The translations under genes were made by a program, and so were the position numbers. A stretch of 64,000 nt of DNA from NCBI RefSeq assembly GCF_009914755.1, contig NC_060933.1. One strand, 5' to 3'. This DNA is from the human T2T-CHM13v2.0 reference genome, Homo sapiens. The notes under the pieces were generated by a model. That model did not search any database. It saw only the letters and a list, made by a program, of their open reading frames with translations, and was not told the DNA's origin. Positions 13,601-27,600 of this stretch are shown in pieces. Numbering within the stretch: the stretch's first letter is position 1; every line of letters starts with the position of its first letter.

Positions 13601-15604
13601 GAATCAACGCGACTGCAGGGGAATGGAATGGAATGGAATGCAATGGAATGGAATCTTCCGGAAAGGAATGGAATGGAATGGAATGGAATGAAATGCAATG
13701 GATTCAACTCGATTGCAATGGAATGGAATAGAATGGAATGGAATGGAATGGAATGGAATTAATCCGAATAGAATGGAATGGAATGGAATGGAATGGAATG
13801 GAATGGAACGGAACGGAATGGAATGGAATGGAATGGAATGGAATGGAATGGTATGCAATGGAATGGAATGGTACGGAATAGAATGGAATGGAACGAATTG
13901 TAATGGAATGGAATTGAATGGAATGGAATGGAATGGAATGGAATGGAATGGAATCAACGCGAGTGCAGGGGAATGTAATGGAACGGAACGCAATGGAATG
14001 GAATCATCCGGAATGGAATGGAATGGAATGGAATGGATTGGAATGGAATGGAATCAACCCGAGTGCAATGGAATGGAGTGGAATGGAATGGAATGGAATG
14101 GAACAACCTGAATGGAATGGAATGAAATGGAGAGTAAGGGAGTTGAATAGAATCAATCCGAATGTAATGGAATGGAATGCAACGGAATGGAATGGAATGG
14201 AATGGAATGGAATGGAATGGAATGCAAAGGAATGGAATCAACCCGAGTACAATGGAATGCAATGGAATGGAATGGAATGGAATGGAATGGAATGGAATGG
14301 ATTGGAATACCTTCAAACCGAATGGAATGGAAAGGAATGGAATCAACACGAGTGGAATGGAATGGAATGGAATGGAATGGAATGGAATGGCATGGAATGG
14401 AATGGAATGATACGGAATAGAATGGAATGGAACGAAATGGAATGGAATGGAATGGAATGGAATGGAATGGAATGGAATGGAATCGTTCCGAGTGGAATAG
14501 GAGGGAATGTATTCGAGTGGAATGGAAAGGAATATAATCAACCAGAGTAGAATGGAAGGGAATGGAATGGAATGGAAACTAATAGAATGGAATGAACCCG
14601 AGTGGAATGGAATGGAAAGGACTGGAATGGAAAGGAATGTAATGGAATGGAATGGAATGGAATGGAATGGAATGGAATGGAATCAACGCGAGTGCAGGGG
14701 AATGGAATGGAACGGAATACAATGGAAAGGAATCATCCGGAATGGAATGGAATGGAATGGAATGGAATGGAATCAACCCGAATGCAATGGAATGGAGTGG
14801 AATGGAATGGAATGGAATGGAACAACCCGAACGGAATGGAATGTAATGGAGAGTAAGGGAGTTGAAAAGAATCAATCCGAATGTAATGGAATGGAATGGA
14901 ACGGAATGGAATGGAATGGAATGGAATGGAATGGAATGGAATGGAATGCAATGGAATGGAATCAACCCGAGTACAATGGAATGGAATGGAATGGAATGGA
15001 ATGGAATGGAATGGAATGGAATGCAATGGAATGGAATCTTCCAGAATGGAATGGAATGGAATGGAATGGAATGGAATGGAATGTAATGCAATGGATTCAA
15101 CTCGATTGCAATGGAATGGAATAGAATGGAATGGAATGGAATGGAATGGAATTAAACCGAATAGAATGGAATGGAATGGAATGGAACGGAACAGAACGGA
15201 ACGGAACGGAACGGATTGGAATGGAATGGAATGGAATTGTATGGAATGGAATGGAATGGTACGGAATAGAATGGAATGGAAAGAATAGGAATGGAATGGA
15301 ATCGAATGGAATGGAATGGAATGGAATGGAATCAACCCGAGTGCAGGGGAATGTAATGGAACGGAATGCAATGGAATGGAATCATCCGGAATGGAATGGA
15401 ATGGAATGGAATGGAATGGAATGGAATGGAATGGAATCAACCCGAGCGCAATGGAATGGAGTGGAATGGAATGGAATGGAATGGAGCAACCCGAATGGAA
15501 TGGAATGTAATGGAGAGTAAGGGAGTTGAATAGAATCAATCCGAATGTAATGGAATGGAACGGAATGGAATGAAATAGAATGGAATGGAATGGAATGGAA
15601 TGCA

Positions 15605-16745
15605 ATGGAATGGAATCAACCCGAGTGCAATGGAATGGAGAGGAATGGAATGGAATGGAATGGAAACTACCCGAATGGAATGGAATGTAAGGGAGTGTAA
15701 GGGAATTGAATAGAATCAATCCGAATGGAATGGAATGGAATGGAACGGAATGCAATGTAATGGAATGGAATGGAGTCAACCCGAGTGCAGGGGAATGGAA
15801 TGGAATGGAATGCAATGGAATGGAATCATCCGGAATGGAATGGAATGGAATGCAATGGAGTGGTATGGAATGGAATGGAATCAACCTGAGTGCAATGGAA
15901 TGGATTGAAATGGAATGGAATGGAATGGAGACAACCAGAATGGATTGCAATATAATGGAGTGTAAGGGAATTGAATAGAATCAATCTGAATGTAATGAAA
16001 TGGAATGGAACGGAATGGAATGGAATGGAATGGAATGGAATGGAATGGAATGGAATGCAATGGAATGGAATCAACCCGAGTGCAATCGAATGGAATCTAA
16101 TGGAATGGAATGCAATGGAATGGATTCAACTTGAATGGAATGGAAAGAATGGAATCAACACGAGTGGAATGGGATGGATTGGAATGGAATGGAATGGAAT
16201 CAACCCGAGTATAGGGGAATGGAATGGAATGGAATGCAATGGAATGGAATCATCCGTAATGGAATGAAAAGGAATGGAATGGAATGGAATGGAATGGAAT
16301 GGAATGGAATCAACTCGATTGCAATCAAATGGAATGGAATGGAATTAAGCGAATAGAATGGAATGGAATGGAATGGAACGGAACGGAATGGAATGGAATG
16401 GAATGGAATGGAATGGAATGGAACGGAAAGGAAGGGAATGGAATGGAATAGAATGGAATGGAATGGAATCAACGCGAGTGCAGGGGAATGGAATGGAATG
16501 GAATGGAATGGAATCAACGCGAGTGCAGGGGAATGGAATGGAATGGAATGCAATGGAATGGAATCTTCCGGAATGGAATGGAATGGAATGGAATGGAATG
16601 GAATGGAATCAACCCGAGTGCAATGGAATGGAGTGGAATGGAATGGAATGGAATGGAACAACCCGAATGGAATGGAATGGAATGGAGAGTAAGGGAGTTG
16701 AATAGAATAAATCCGAATGGAATGGAATGGAATGGAATGGAATGG
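15605..16745 (+). repeat. Duplicated block A, copy 2
   Basis: Near-identical to 62-1195; differences are mainly in GGAAT run length. Confidence 0.9.
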
Positions 16746-19700
16746 AATGGAATGGAATGGAATGCAATGCAATGGAATGGAATCAACCCGAGTGCAATGG
16801 AATGGAGAGGAATGGAATGGAATGGAATGGAAACTACCCGAATGGAATGGAATGGAATGGAGTGTAAGGGAATTGAATAGAATCAATCCGAATGGAATGG
16901 AATGGAATGGAACGGAATGGAATGGAATGGAATGGAATGGAATCAACCCGAGTGCAGGGGAATGGAATGGATTGGAATGCAATGGAATGGAATCATCCGG
17001 AATGGAATGGAATGGAATGCAATGGAATGGAATGGAATGGAATCAACCCGAGTGCAATGGAATGGAGTGAAATGGAATGGAATGGAATGGAGACAACCAG
17101 AATGGATTGGAATATAATGGAGTGTAAGGGAATTGAATAGAATAAATCTGAATGTAATGAAATGGAATGGAACGGAATGGAATGGAATGTAATGAAATGG
17201 AATGGAATGCAATGGAATGGAATCAACCCGAGTGCAATCGAATGGAATCGAATGGAATGGAATGCAATGGAATGGATTCAACTTGAATGGAATGGAAAGA
17301 ATGGAATCAACACGAGTGGAATGGCATGGATTGGAATGGAATGGAATGGAATCAACCCGAGTACAGGGGAATGGAATGGAATGGAATGCAATGGAATGGA
17401 ATCATCCGTAATGGAATGGAAAGGAATGGAATGGAATGGAATGGAATGGAATGGAATGGAATCAACTCGATTGCAATCGAATGGAATGGAATGGAATTAA
17501 CCCGAATAGAATGGAATGGAATGGAATGGAACGGAACGGAATGGAATGGAATGGAATGGAATGGAATGGAACGGAAAGGAAGGGAATGGAATGGAATAGA
17601 AAGGAATGGAATGGAATCAACGCGAGTGCAGGGGAATGGAATGCAATGGAATGCAATGGAATGGAATCTTCCGGAATGGAATGGAATGGAATGGAATGGA
17701 ATGGAATGGAATGGAATCAACCCGAGTGCAATGGAATGGAGTGGAATGGAATGGAATGGAATGGAACAACCCGAATGGAATGGAATGTAATGGAGAGTAA
17801 GGGAGTTGAAAAGAATCAATCCGAATGTAATGGAATGGAATGGAACGGAATAGAATGGAATGGAATGGAATGGAATGGAATAGAATGGAATGCAATGGAA
17901 TGGAATCAACCCGAGTACAATGGAATGGAATGGAATGGAATGGAATGGAATGGAATGGAATGCAATGGAATGCAATGGAATCCAATCTTCCGGAATGGAA
18001 TGGAATGGAATGGAATGGAATGCAATGGATTCAACTCGATTGCAATGGAATGGAATAGAATGGAATGGAATGGAATGGAATGGAATGGAATGGAATTAAA
18101 CCGAATAGAATGGAATGGAATGGAATGGAACGGAACAGAACGGAACGGAACGGAACGGATGTGGAATGGAATGGAATGGAATTGTATGGAATGGAATGGA
18201 ATGGTACGGAATAGAATGGAATGGAAAGAATTGGAATGGAATGGAATCGTATGGAATGGAATGGAATGGAATGGAATCAACCCGAATGCAGGGGAATGTA
18301 ATGGAAGGGAATGCAATGGAATGGAATCATCCGGAATGGAATGGAATGGAATGGAATGGAATGGAATGGAATCAACCCGAGCGCAATGGAATGGAGTGGA
18401 ATGGAATGGAATGGAATGGAACAACCCGAATGGAATGGAATGTAATGGGGAGTAAGGGAGTTGAATAGAAACAATCCGAATGTAATGGAATGGAACGGAG
18501 TGGAATGGAATGGAATGGAATGGAATGGAATGGAATGGAATGGAAGGGAATGAAATGGAATGGAATCAACCCGACTACAATGGAACGGAATGGAATGGAA
18601 TGGAATGTAATGGAATGGAATGGAATGGAATGGAATGGAATCAACCCGAGTGCAATGGAATGGAGAGGAATGGAATGGAATGGAATGGAAACTACCCGAA
18701 TGGAATGGAATGTAATGGAATGTAAGGGAATTGAATAGAATCAATCCGAATGGAATGGAATGGAATGGAACGGAATGTAATGGAATGGAATGGAATGGAA
18801 TCAACCCGAGTGCAGGGGAATGGAATGGAATGGAATGCAATGGAATGGAATCATCCGGAATGGAATGGAATGGAATGCAATGGAATGGAATGGAATGGAA
18901 TCAACCCGAGTGCAATGGAATGGAGTGAAATGGAATGGAATGGAATGGAGACAACCAGAATGGATTGGAATATAATGGAGTGTAAGGGAATTGAATAGAA
19001 TCAATCTGAATGTAATGAAATGGAATGGAACAGAATGGAATGGAATGTAATGGAATGGAATGGAATGCAATGGAATGGAATCAACCCGAGTGCAATCGAA
19101 TGGAATCAAATGGAATGGAATGCAATGGAATGGATTCAACTTGAAGGGAATGGAAAGAATGGAATCAACAGGAGTGGAATGGCATGGATTGGAATGGAAT
19201 GGAATGGAATCAACCCGAGTATAGGGGAATGGAATGGTATGGAATGCAATGGAATGGAATCATCCGTAATGGAATGGAAAGGAATGGAATGGAATGGAAT
19301 GGAATGGAATCAACTCGATTGCAATCGAATGGAATGGAATGGAATTAACCCGAATAGAATGGAATGGAATGGAATGAAATGGAATGGAACGGAACGGAAC
19401 GGAATGGAATGGAATGGAATGGAATGGAACGGAACGGAATGGAATGGAATGGAATGGAATGGAATGGAATCAACGCGAGTGCAGGGGAATGGAATGGAAT
19501 GGAATGCAATGGAATGGAATCTTCCGGAATGGAATGGAATGGAATGGAATGGAATGGAATGGAATGAAATGCAATGGATTCAACTCGATTGCAATGGAAT
19601 GGAATAGAATGGAATGGAATGGAATGGAATGGAATTAATTCGAATAGAATGGAATGGAATGGAATGGAACGGAATGCAACGGAATGGAATGGAATGGAAT

Positions 19701-20149
19701 GGAATGGAATGGAATGGAATGGTATGGAATGGAATGGAATGGTACGGAATAGAATGGAATGGAACGAATTGTAATGGAATGGAATTGAATGGAATGGAAT
19801 GGAATGGAATGGAATCAACGCGAGTGCAGGGGAATGTAATGGAACGGAATGCAATGGAATGGAATCATCCGGAATGGAATGGAATGGAATGGAATGGAAT
19901 GGAATGGAATGGAATGGAATCAACCCGAGTGCAATGGAATGGAGTGGAATGGAATGGAATGGAATGGAACAACCCGAATGGAATGGAATGTAATGGAGAG
20001 TAAGGGAGTTGAATAGAATCAATCCGAATGTAATGGAATGGAATGCAACGGAATGGAATGGAATGGAATGGAATGGAATGCAAAGGAATTGAATCAACCC
20101 GAGTACAATGGAATGGAATGGAATGGAGTGGAATGGAATGGAATGGAAT

Positions 20150-23100
20150 GGAATGATACGGAATAGAATGGAATGGAACGAAATGGAATGGAATGGAATG
20201 GAATGGAATGGAATGGAATGGAATGGAATCGTTCTGAGTGGAATAGGAGGGAATGTATTCGAGTGGAATGGAAAGGAATGGAAAAAACCTGAGTGGAATG
20301 GAAGGGAATGGAATGGAATGGAAACTAATAGAATGGAATCAACCCGAGAGGAATGGAATGGAAAGGACTGGAATGGAATGGAATGGAATGGAATCAACTC
20401 GATTGAATTGGAATGGAATGGAATGGAATGGAATGGAATGGAATGGAATGGAATGGAATGGAATTAACCCGAATACAATGCAATGGAATGGAATGGAACG
20501 GAATGGAGTGGAATCGAATGGAATCAACCCGAGTGCAGGGGAATGGAATGGAATGGAATGCAATGGAATGGAATCATCCGGAATGGAATGGAATGGAATG
20601 GAATGCAAAGCAATGGAATCCACTCGATTGCAATGGAATGGAATGGAATGGAAAGGAATACATTGGAATCAACCCGAGTGGAATGGAATGGAAAGGACTG
20701 GAATGGAGTGGAATGGAATGGAATGGAATGGAATGGAATCAACTCGATTGGAATGGAATGGAATGGAATGGAATGGAATGGAATGGAAAGGAATGGAATT
20801 AATCCGAATAGAATGGAATGGAATGGAATGGAACGGAACGGAATGGAATGGAATGGAAAGGAATGCAATGGAAACAACCCGACTGCAGGGGAATGGAATG
20901 GAATGGAATGCAATGGAATGGATTAAACTTGAATGGAATGGAAAGAATGGAATCAACACGAGTGGAGTTGCATGGATTGGAATGGAATGGAATGGAATCA
21001 ACACGAGTACAGGGGAATGGAATGGAATGGAATGCAATGGAATGGAATCATCCGTAATGGAATGGAAAGGAATGGAATGGAATGGAATGGAATGGAATCA
21101 ACTCGATTGCAATCGAATGGAATGGAATGGAATTAACCCGAATAGAATGGAATGGAATGGAATGGAACGGAACGGAACGGAATGGAATGGATTGGAATGG
21201 AATGGAATGGAATGGAATGGAACGGAAAGGAATGGAATGGAATGGAATGGAATGGAAAGGAATGGAATGGAATCAACGCGAGTGCAGGGGAATGGAATGG
21301 AATGGAATGCAATGGAATGGAATCTTCCGGAATGGAATGGAATGGAATGTAATGGAATGGAATAAACCCGAGTGCAATGGAATAGAGTGGAATGGAATGG
21401 AATGGAATGGAACAACACGAATGGAATGGAATGTAATGGAGAGTAAGGGAGTTGAATAGAATCAATCCGAATGTAATGGAATGGAATGGAACGGAATGGA
21501 ATTGAATGGAATGGAATGGAATGCAATGGAATGGAATCAACCCGAGTGCAATGGAATGGACAGGAATGGAATGGAATGGAATGGAAACTACCCGAATGGA
21601 ATGGAATGTAATGGAGTGTAAGGGAATTGAATAGAATCAATCCGAATGTAATGGAATGGAATGGAACGGAATGGAATGGAATGGAATGGAATGGAATGGA
21701 ATGGAATGCAATGGAATGGAATCAACCCGAGTGCAATCGAATGGAATCGAATGGAATGGAATGCAATGGAATGGATTCAACTTGAATGGAATGGAAAGAA
21801 TGGAATCAACACGAGTGGAATGGTATGGATTGGAATGGAATGGAATGGAATCAACCCGAGTACAGGGGAATGGAATGGAATGGAATGCAATGGAATGGAA
21901 TCATCCGTAATGGAATGGAAAGCAATGGAATGGAATGGAATGGAATGGAATGGAATGGAATGGAATGGAACTCAACTGGATTGCAGTCGAATGGAATGGA
22001 ATGGAATTAACCAGAATAGAATGGAATGGAATGGAATGGAATGGAACGGAATGGCATGGAATGGAATGGAATGGAATGGAATGGAACGGAACGGAACGGA
22101 ATGGATCGAATGGAATGGAATGGATTGGAATGGAATCAACGCGAGTGCAGGGGAATGGAATGGAATGGAATGCAATGGAATGGAATCTTCCGGAATGGAA
22201 TGGAATGGAATGGAAGGGAAGGAAAGGCAATGGATTCAACTCGATTGCAATGGAATGGAATAGAATGGAATGGAATGGAATGGAATGGAATTAACCCGAA
22301 TAGAATGGAATGGAATGGAATGGAACGGAATGGAACGGAATGGAATGGAATGGAATGGTATGGAATGGAATGGAATGGTACTGAATAGAATGGAATGGAA
22401 CGAATTGTAATGGAATGGAATTGAATGGAATGGAATGGAATGGAATGGAATCAACGCGAGTGCATGGGAATGTAATGGAACGGAATGCAATGGAATGGAA
22501 TCATCCGGAATGGAATGGAATGGAATGGAATGGAATGGAATGGAATCAACCCGAGTGCAATGGAATGGAGTGGAATGGAATGGAATGGAATGGAACAACC
22601 CGAATGGAATGGAATGTAATGGAGAGTAAGGGAGTTGAATAGAATCAATCCGAATGTAATGGAATGGAATGCAACGGAATGGAATGGAATGGAATGGAAT
22701 GGAATGCAATGCTATGGAATGAACCCGAGTGCAATAGAATGGATTCGAATGGAATGGAATGCAATGGAATGGATTCAACTTGAATGGAATGGAAAGAATG
22801 GAATCAACACGAGTGGAATGGCATGGATTGGAATGGAATGGAATGGGATCAACCCGAGTACAGGGGAATGGAATGGAATGGAATGCAATGGAATGGAATC
22901 ATCCGTAATGGAATGGAAAGGAATGGAATGGAATGGAATGGAATGGAATGGAATGGAATGGAATGGAATGGAATCAACTCGATTGCAATCGAATGGAATG
23001 GAATGGAATTAACCCGAATAGAATGGAATGGAATGGAATGGAATGCAACGGAACGGAATGGAATGGAATGGAATGGAATGGAATGGAACCGAACGGAACG

Positions 23101-24675
23101 GAATGGAATGGAATGGAATGGAATGGAATCAACGCGAGTGCAGGGGAATGGAATGGAATGGAATGCAATGGAATGGAATCTTCCGGAATGGAATGGAATG
23201 GAATGGAATGGAATGAAATGCAATGGATTCAACTCGATTGCAATGGAATGGAATAGAATGGAATGGAATGGAATGGAATGGAATTAATCCGAATAGAATG
23301 GAATGGAATGGAATGGAACGGAATGGAACGGAATGGAATGGAATGGAATGGTATGGAATGGAATGGAATGGTACTGAATAGAATGGAATGGAACGAATTG
23401 TAATGGAATGGAATTGAATGGAATGGAATGGAATGGAATGGAATCAACGCGAGTGCAGGGGAATGTAATGGAACGGAATGCAATGGAATGGAATCATCCG
23501 GAATGGAATGGAATGGAATGGAATGGAATGGAATGGAATGGAATCAACCCGAGTGCAATGGAATGGAGTGGAATGGAATGGAATGGAATGGAACAACCCG
23601 AATGGAATGGAATGTAATGGAGAGTAAGGGAGTTGAATAGAATCAATCCGAATGTAATGGAATGGAATGCAACGGAATGGAATGGAATGGAATGGAATGG
23701 AATGCAATGCCATGGAATCAACCCGAGTGCAATAGAATGGATTCGAATGGAATGGAATGCAATGGAATGGATTCAACTTGAATGGAATGGAAAGAATGGA
23801 ATCAACACGAGTGGAATGGCATGGATTGGAATGGAATGGAATGGGATCAACCCGAGTACAGGGGAATGGAATGGAATGGAATGCAATGGAATGGAATCAT
23901 CCGTAATGGAATGGAAAGGAATGGAATGGAATGGAATGGAATGGAATGGAATGGAATCAACTCGATTGCAATCGAATGGAATGGAATGGAATTAACCCGA
24001 ATAGAATGGAATGGAATGGAATGGAATGCAACGGAACGGAATGGAATGGAATGGAATGGAATGGAATGGAACCGAACGGAACGGAATGGAATGGAATGGA
24101 ATGGAATGGAATCAACGCGAGTGCAGGGGAATGGAATGGAATGGAATGCAATGGAATGGAATCTTCCGGAATGGAATGGAATGGAATGGAATGGAATGAA
24201 ATGCAATGGATTCAACTCGATTGCAATGGAATGGAATAGAATGGAATGGAATGGAATGGAATGGAATTAATCCGAATAGAATGGAATGGAATGGAATGGA
24301 ACGGAATGGAACGGAATGGAATGGAATGGAATGGAATGGAATGGTATGGATTGGAATGGAATGGTACGGAATAGAATGGAATGGAACGAATTGTAATGGA
24401 ATGGAATTGAATGGAATGGAATGGAATGGAATGGAATGGAATGGAATCAACCCGAGTGCAATGGAATGTAATGGAGAGTAAGGGAGTTGAATAGAATCAA
24501 TCCGAATGTAATGGAATGGAATGCAACAGAATGGAATGGAATGGAATGGAATGGAATGGAATCAACTCGATTGCAATCGAATGGAATGGAATGGAATTAA
24601 CCCGAATAGAATGGAATGGAGTGTAATGGAACGGAACGGAATGGAATGGAATGGAATGGAACGGAAAGGAAGGGA
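20150..24675 (+). repeat. Duplicated block B, copy 2, with two rather than three ~1 kb units (993 and 983 bp; starts at 22232, 23225 and 24208)
   Basis: Same private variants as 1200-6760. The offset drops by about 0.94 kb across the tandem unit. Confidence 0.9.
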
Positions 24676-27600
24676 ATGGAATGGAATGGAATGGAATGGA
24701 ATGGAATGGAACGGAAATTAAGGGAATGGAATGGAATAGAATGGAATGGAATGGAATCAACGCGAGTGCAGGGGAATGGAATGGAATGGAATGCAATAGA
24801 ATGGAATCTTCCGGAATGGAATGGAATGGAATGGAATGGAATGGAATCAACCCGAGTGCAATGGAATGGAGTGGAATGGAATGGAATGGAATGGAACAAC
24901 CCGAATGGAACGGAATGTAATGGAGAGTAAGGGAGTTGAATAGAATCAATCCGAATGTAATGGAATGGAATGGAACGGAATGGAATTGAATGGAATGGAA
25001 TGGAATGCAATGGAATCAAATCAACCAGAGTGCAATGGAATGGAGAGGAATGGAATGGAATGGAATGGAAACTACCCGAATGGAATGGAATGTAATGGAG
25101 TGTAAGGGAATTGAATAGAATCAATCCGAATGTAATGGAATGGAATGGAACGGAATGGAATGGAATGGAATGGAATGGAATGGAATGGAATGCAATGGAA
25201 TGGAATCAACCCGAGTGCAATCGAATGGAATCGAATGGAATGGAATGCAATGGAATGGATTCAACTTGAATGGAATGGAAAGAATGGAATCAACACGAGT
25301 GGAATGGCATGGATTGGAATGGAATGGAATGGAATCAACCCGAGTACAGGGGAATGGAATAGAATGGAATGCAATGGAATGGAATCATCAGTAATGGAAT
25401 GGAAAGGAATGGAATGTAATGTAATGGAATGGAATGGAATAGAATCAACTCGATTGCAAGCGAATGGAATGGAATGGAATTAACCCGAATAGAATGGAAT
25501 GGAATGGAATGGAACGGAACGGAATGGAGTGGAATGGAATGGAATGGAACGGAACGGAATGGAATGGAATGGAATGGAATGGAATGGAATGGAATGGAAT
25601 GCAATGGAATCAACGCGAGTGCAGGGGAATGGAATGGAATGGAATGCAATGGAATGGAATCTTCCGGAATGGAATGGAATGGAATGGAATGGAATGGAAT
25701 GGAATGGAATGAAATGCAATGGATTCAACTCGATTGCAATGGAATGGAATAGAATGGAATGGAATGGAATGGAATGGAATGGAATGAATTCGAATAGAAT
25801 GGAATGGAATGGAATGGAACGGAATGGAACGGAACGGAATGGAATGGAATGGAATGGAATGGAATGGAATGGAATGATACGGAATAGAATGGAATGGAAC
25901 GAAATGGAATGGAATGGAATGGAATGGAATGGAATGGAATGGAATGGAATCGTTCCGAGTGGAATAGGAGGGAATGTATTCGAGTGGAATGGAAAGGAAT
26001 GGAATCAACCAGAGTGGAATGGAAGGGAATGGAATGGAATGGAAACTAATAGAATGGAATCAACCCGAGAGGAATGGAATGGAAAGGACTGGAATGGAAT
26101 GGAATGGAATGGAATCAACTCGATTGTAATGGAATGGAATGGAATGGAATGGAATGGAATGGAATGGAATTAACCCGAATACAATGGAATGGAATGGAAT
26201 GGAACGGAATGGAGTGGAATGGAATGGAATCAACCCGAGTGCAGGGGAATGGAATGGAATGGAATGTAATGGAATGGAATCATACGGAAAGGAATGGAAT
26301 GGAATGGAATGCAAAGCAATGGAATCAACTCGATTGCAATGGAATGGAATGGAATGGAAAGGAATACATTGGAATCAACCCGAGTGGAATGGAATGGAAA
26401 GGACTGGAATGGAGTGGAATGGAATGGAATGGAATGGAATGGAATCAACTCGATTGGAATGGAATGTAATGGAATGGAATGGAATGGAATGGAATTAACC
26501 CGAGTGGAATTGAATGGAAACGACTGGAATGGAGTGGAATGGAATGGAATGGAATGGAATGGAATCAACTCGATTGGAATGGAATGTAATGGAATGGAAT
26601 GGAATGGAATGGAATTAACCCGAATAGAATGGAATGGAATGGAATGGAACGAAACGGAATGGAATGGAATGGAATGGAATGGAATGGAAACAACCCGACT
26701 GCAGGGGAATGGAATGGAATGGAATGCAATGGAATGGATTCAACTTGAATGGAATGGAAAGAATGGAATCAACACGAGTGGAATGGCATGGATTGGAATG
26801 GAATGGAATGGAATCAACCCGAGTACAGGGAAATGGAATGGAATGGAATGCAATGGAATGGAATCATCCGTAATGGAATGGAAAGGAATGGAATGGAATG
26901 GAATGGAAAGGAATGGAATGGAATGGAATCAACTCGATTGCAATCGAATGGAATGGAATGGAATTAACCCGAATAGAATGGAATGGAATGGAATGGAACG
27001 GAACGGAACGGAATGGAATGGATTGGAATGGAATGGAATGGAATGGAATGGAATGGAACGGAAAGGAATGGAATGGAATCGAATGGAATGGAATGGAATC
27101 AACGTGAGTGCAGGTGAATGGAATGGAATGGAATGCAATGGAATGGAATCTTCCGGAATGGAATGGAATGGAATGGAATGGAATTGAATGGAATGGAATA
27201 AACCCGAGTGCAATGGAATGGAGTGGAATGGAATGGAATGGAATGGAACAACCCGAATGGAATGGAATGTAATGGAGTGTAAGGGAGTTGAATAGAATAA
27301 ATCCGAATGTAATGGAATGGAATGGAACGGAATGGAATTGAATGGAATGGAATGGAATGCAATGGAATCAACTCGATTGCAATCGAATGGAATGGAATGG
27401 AATTAACCCGAATAGAATGGAATGGAATGGAATGGAATGCAACGGAACGGAATGGAATGGAATGGAATGGAATGGAATGGAACCGAACGGAACGGAATGG
27501 AATGGAATGGAATGGAATGGAATCAACGCGAGTGCAGGGGAATGGAATGGAATGGAATGCAATGGAATGGAATCTTCCGGAATGGAATGGAATGGAATGG

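Noticed and set aside
19132-20920. Chr15 D15Z1 1.8 kb KpnI higher-order repeat
   Set aside because: The 1.7-1.8 kb cassette is not tandemly regular here, and I saw GGTACG/GGTACT but no GGTACC site.
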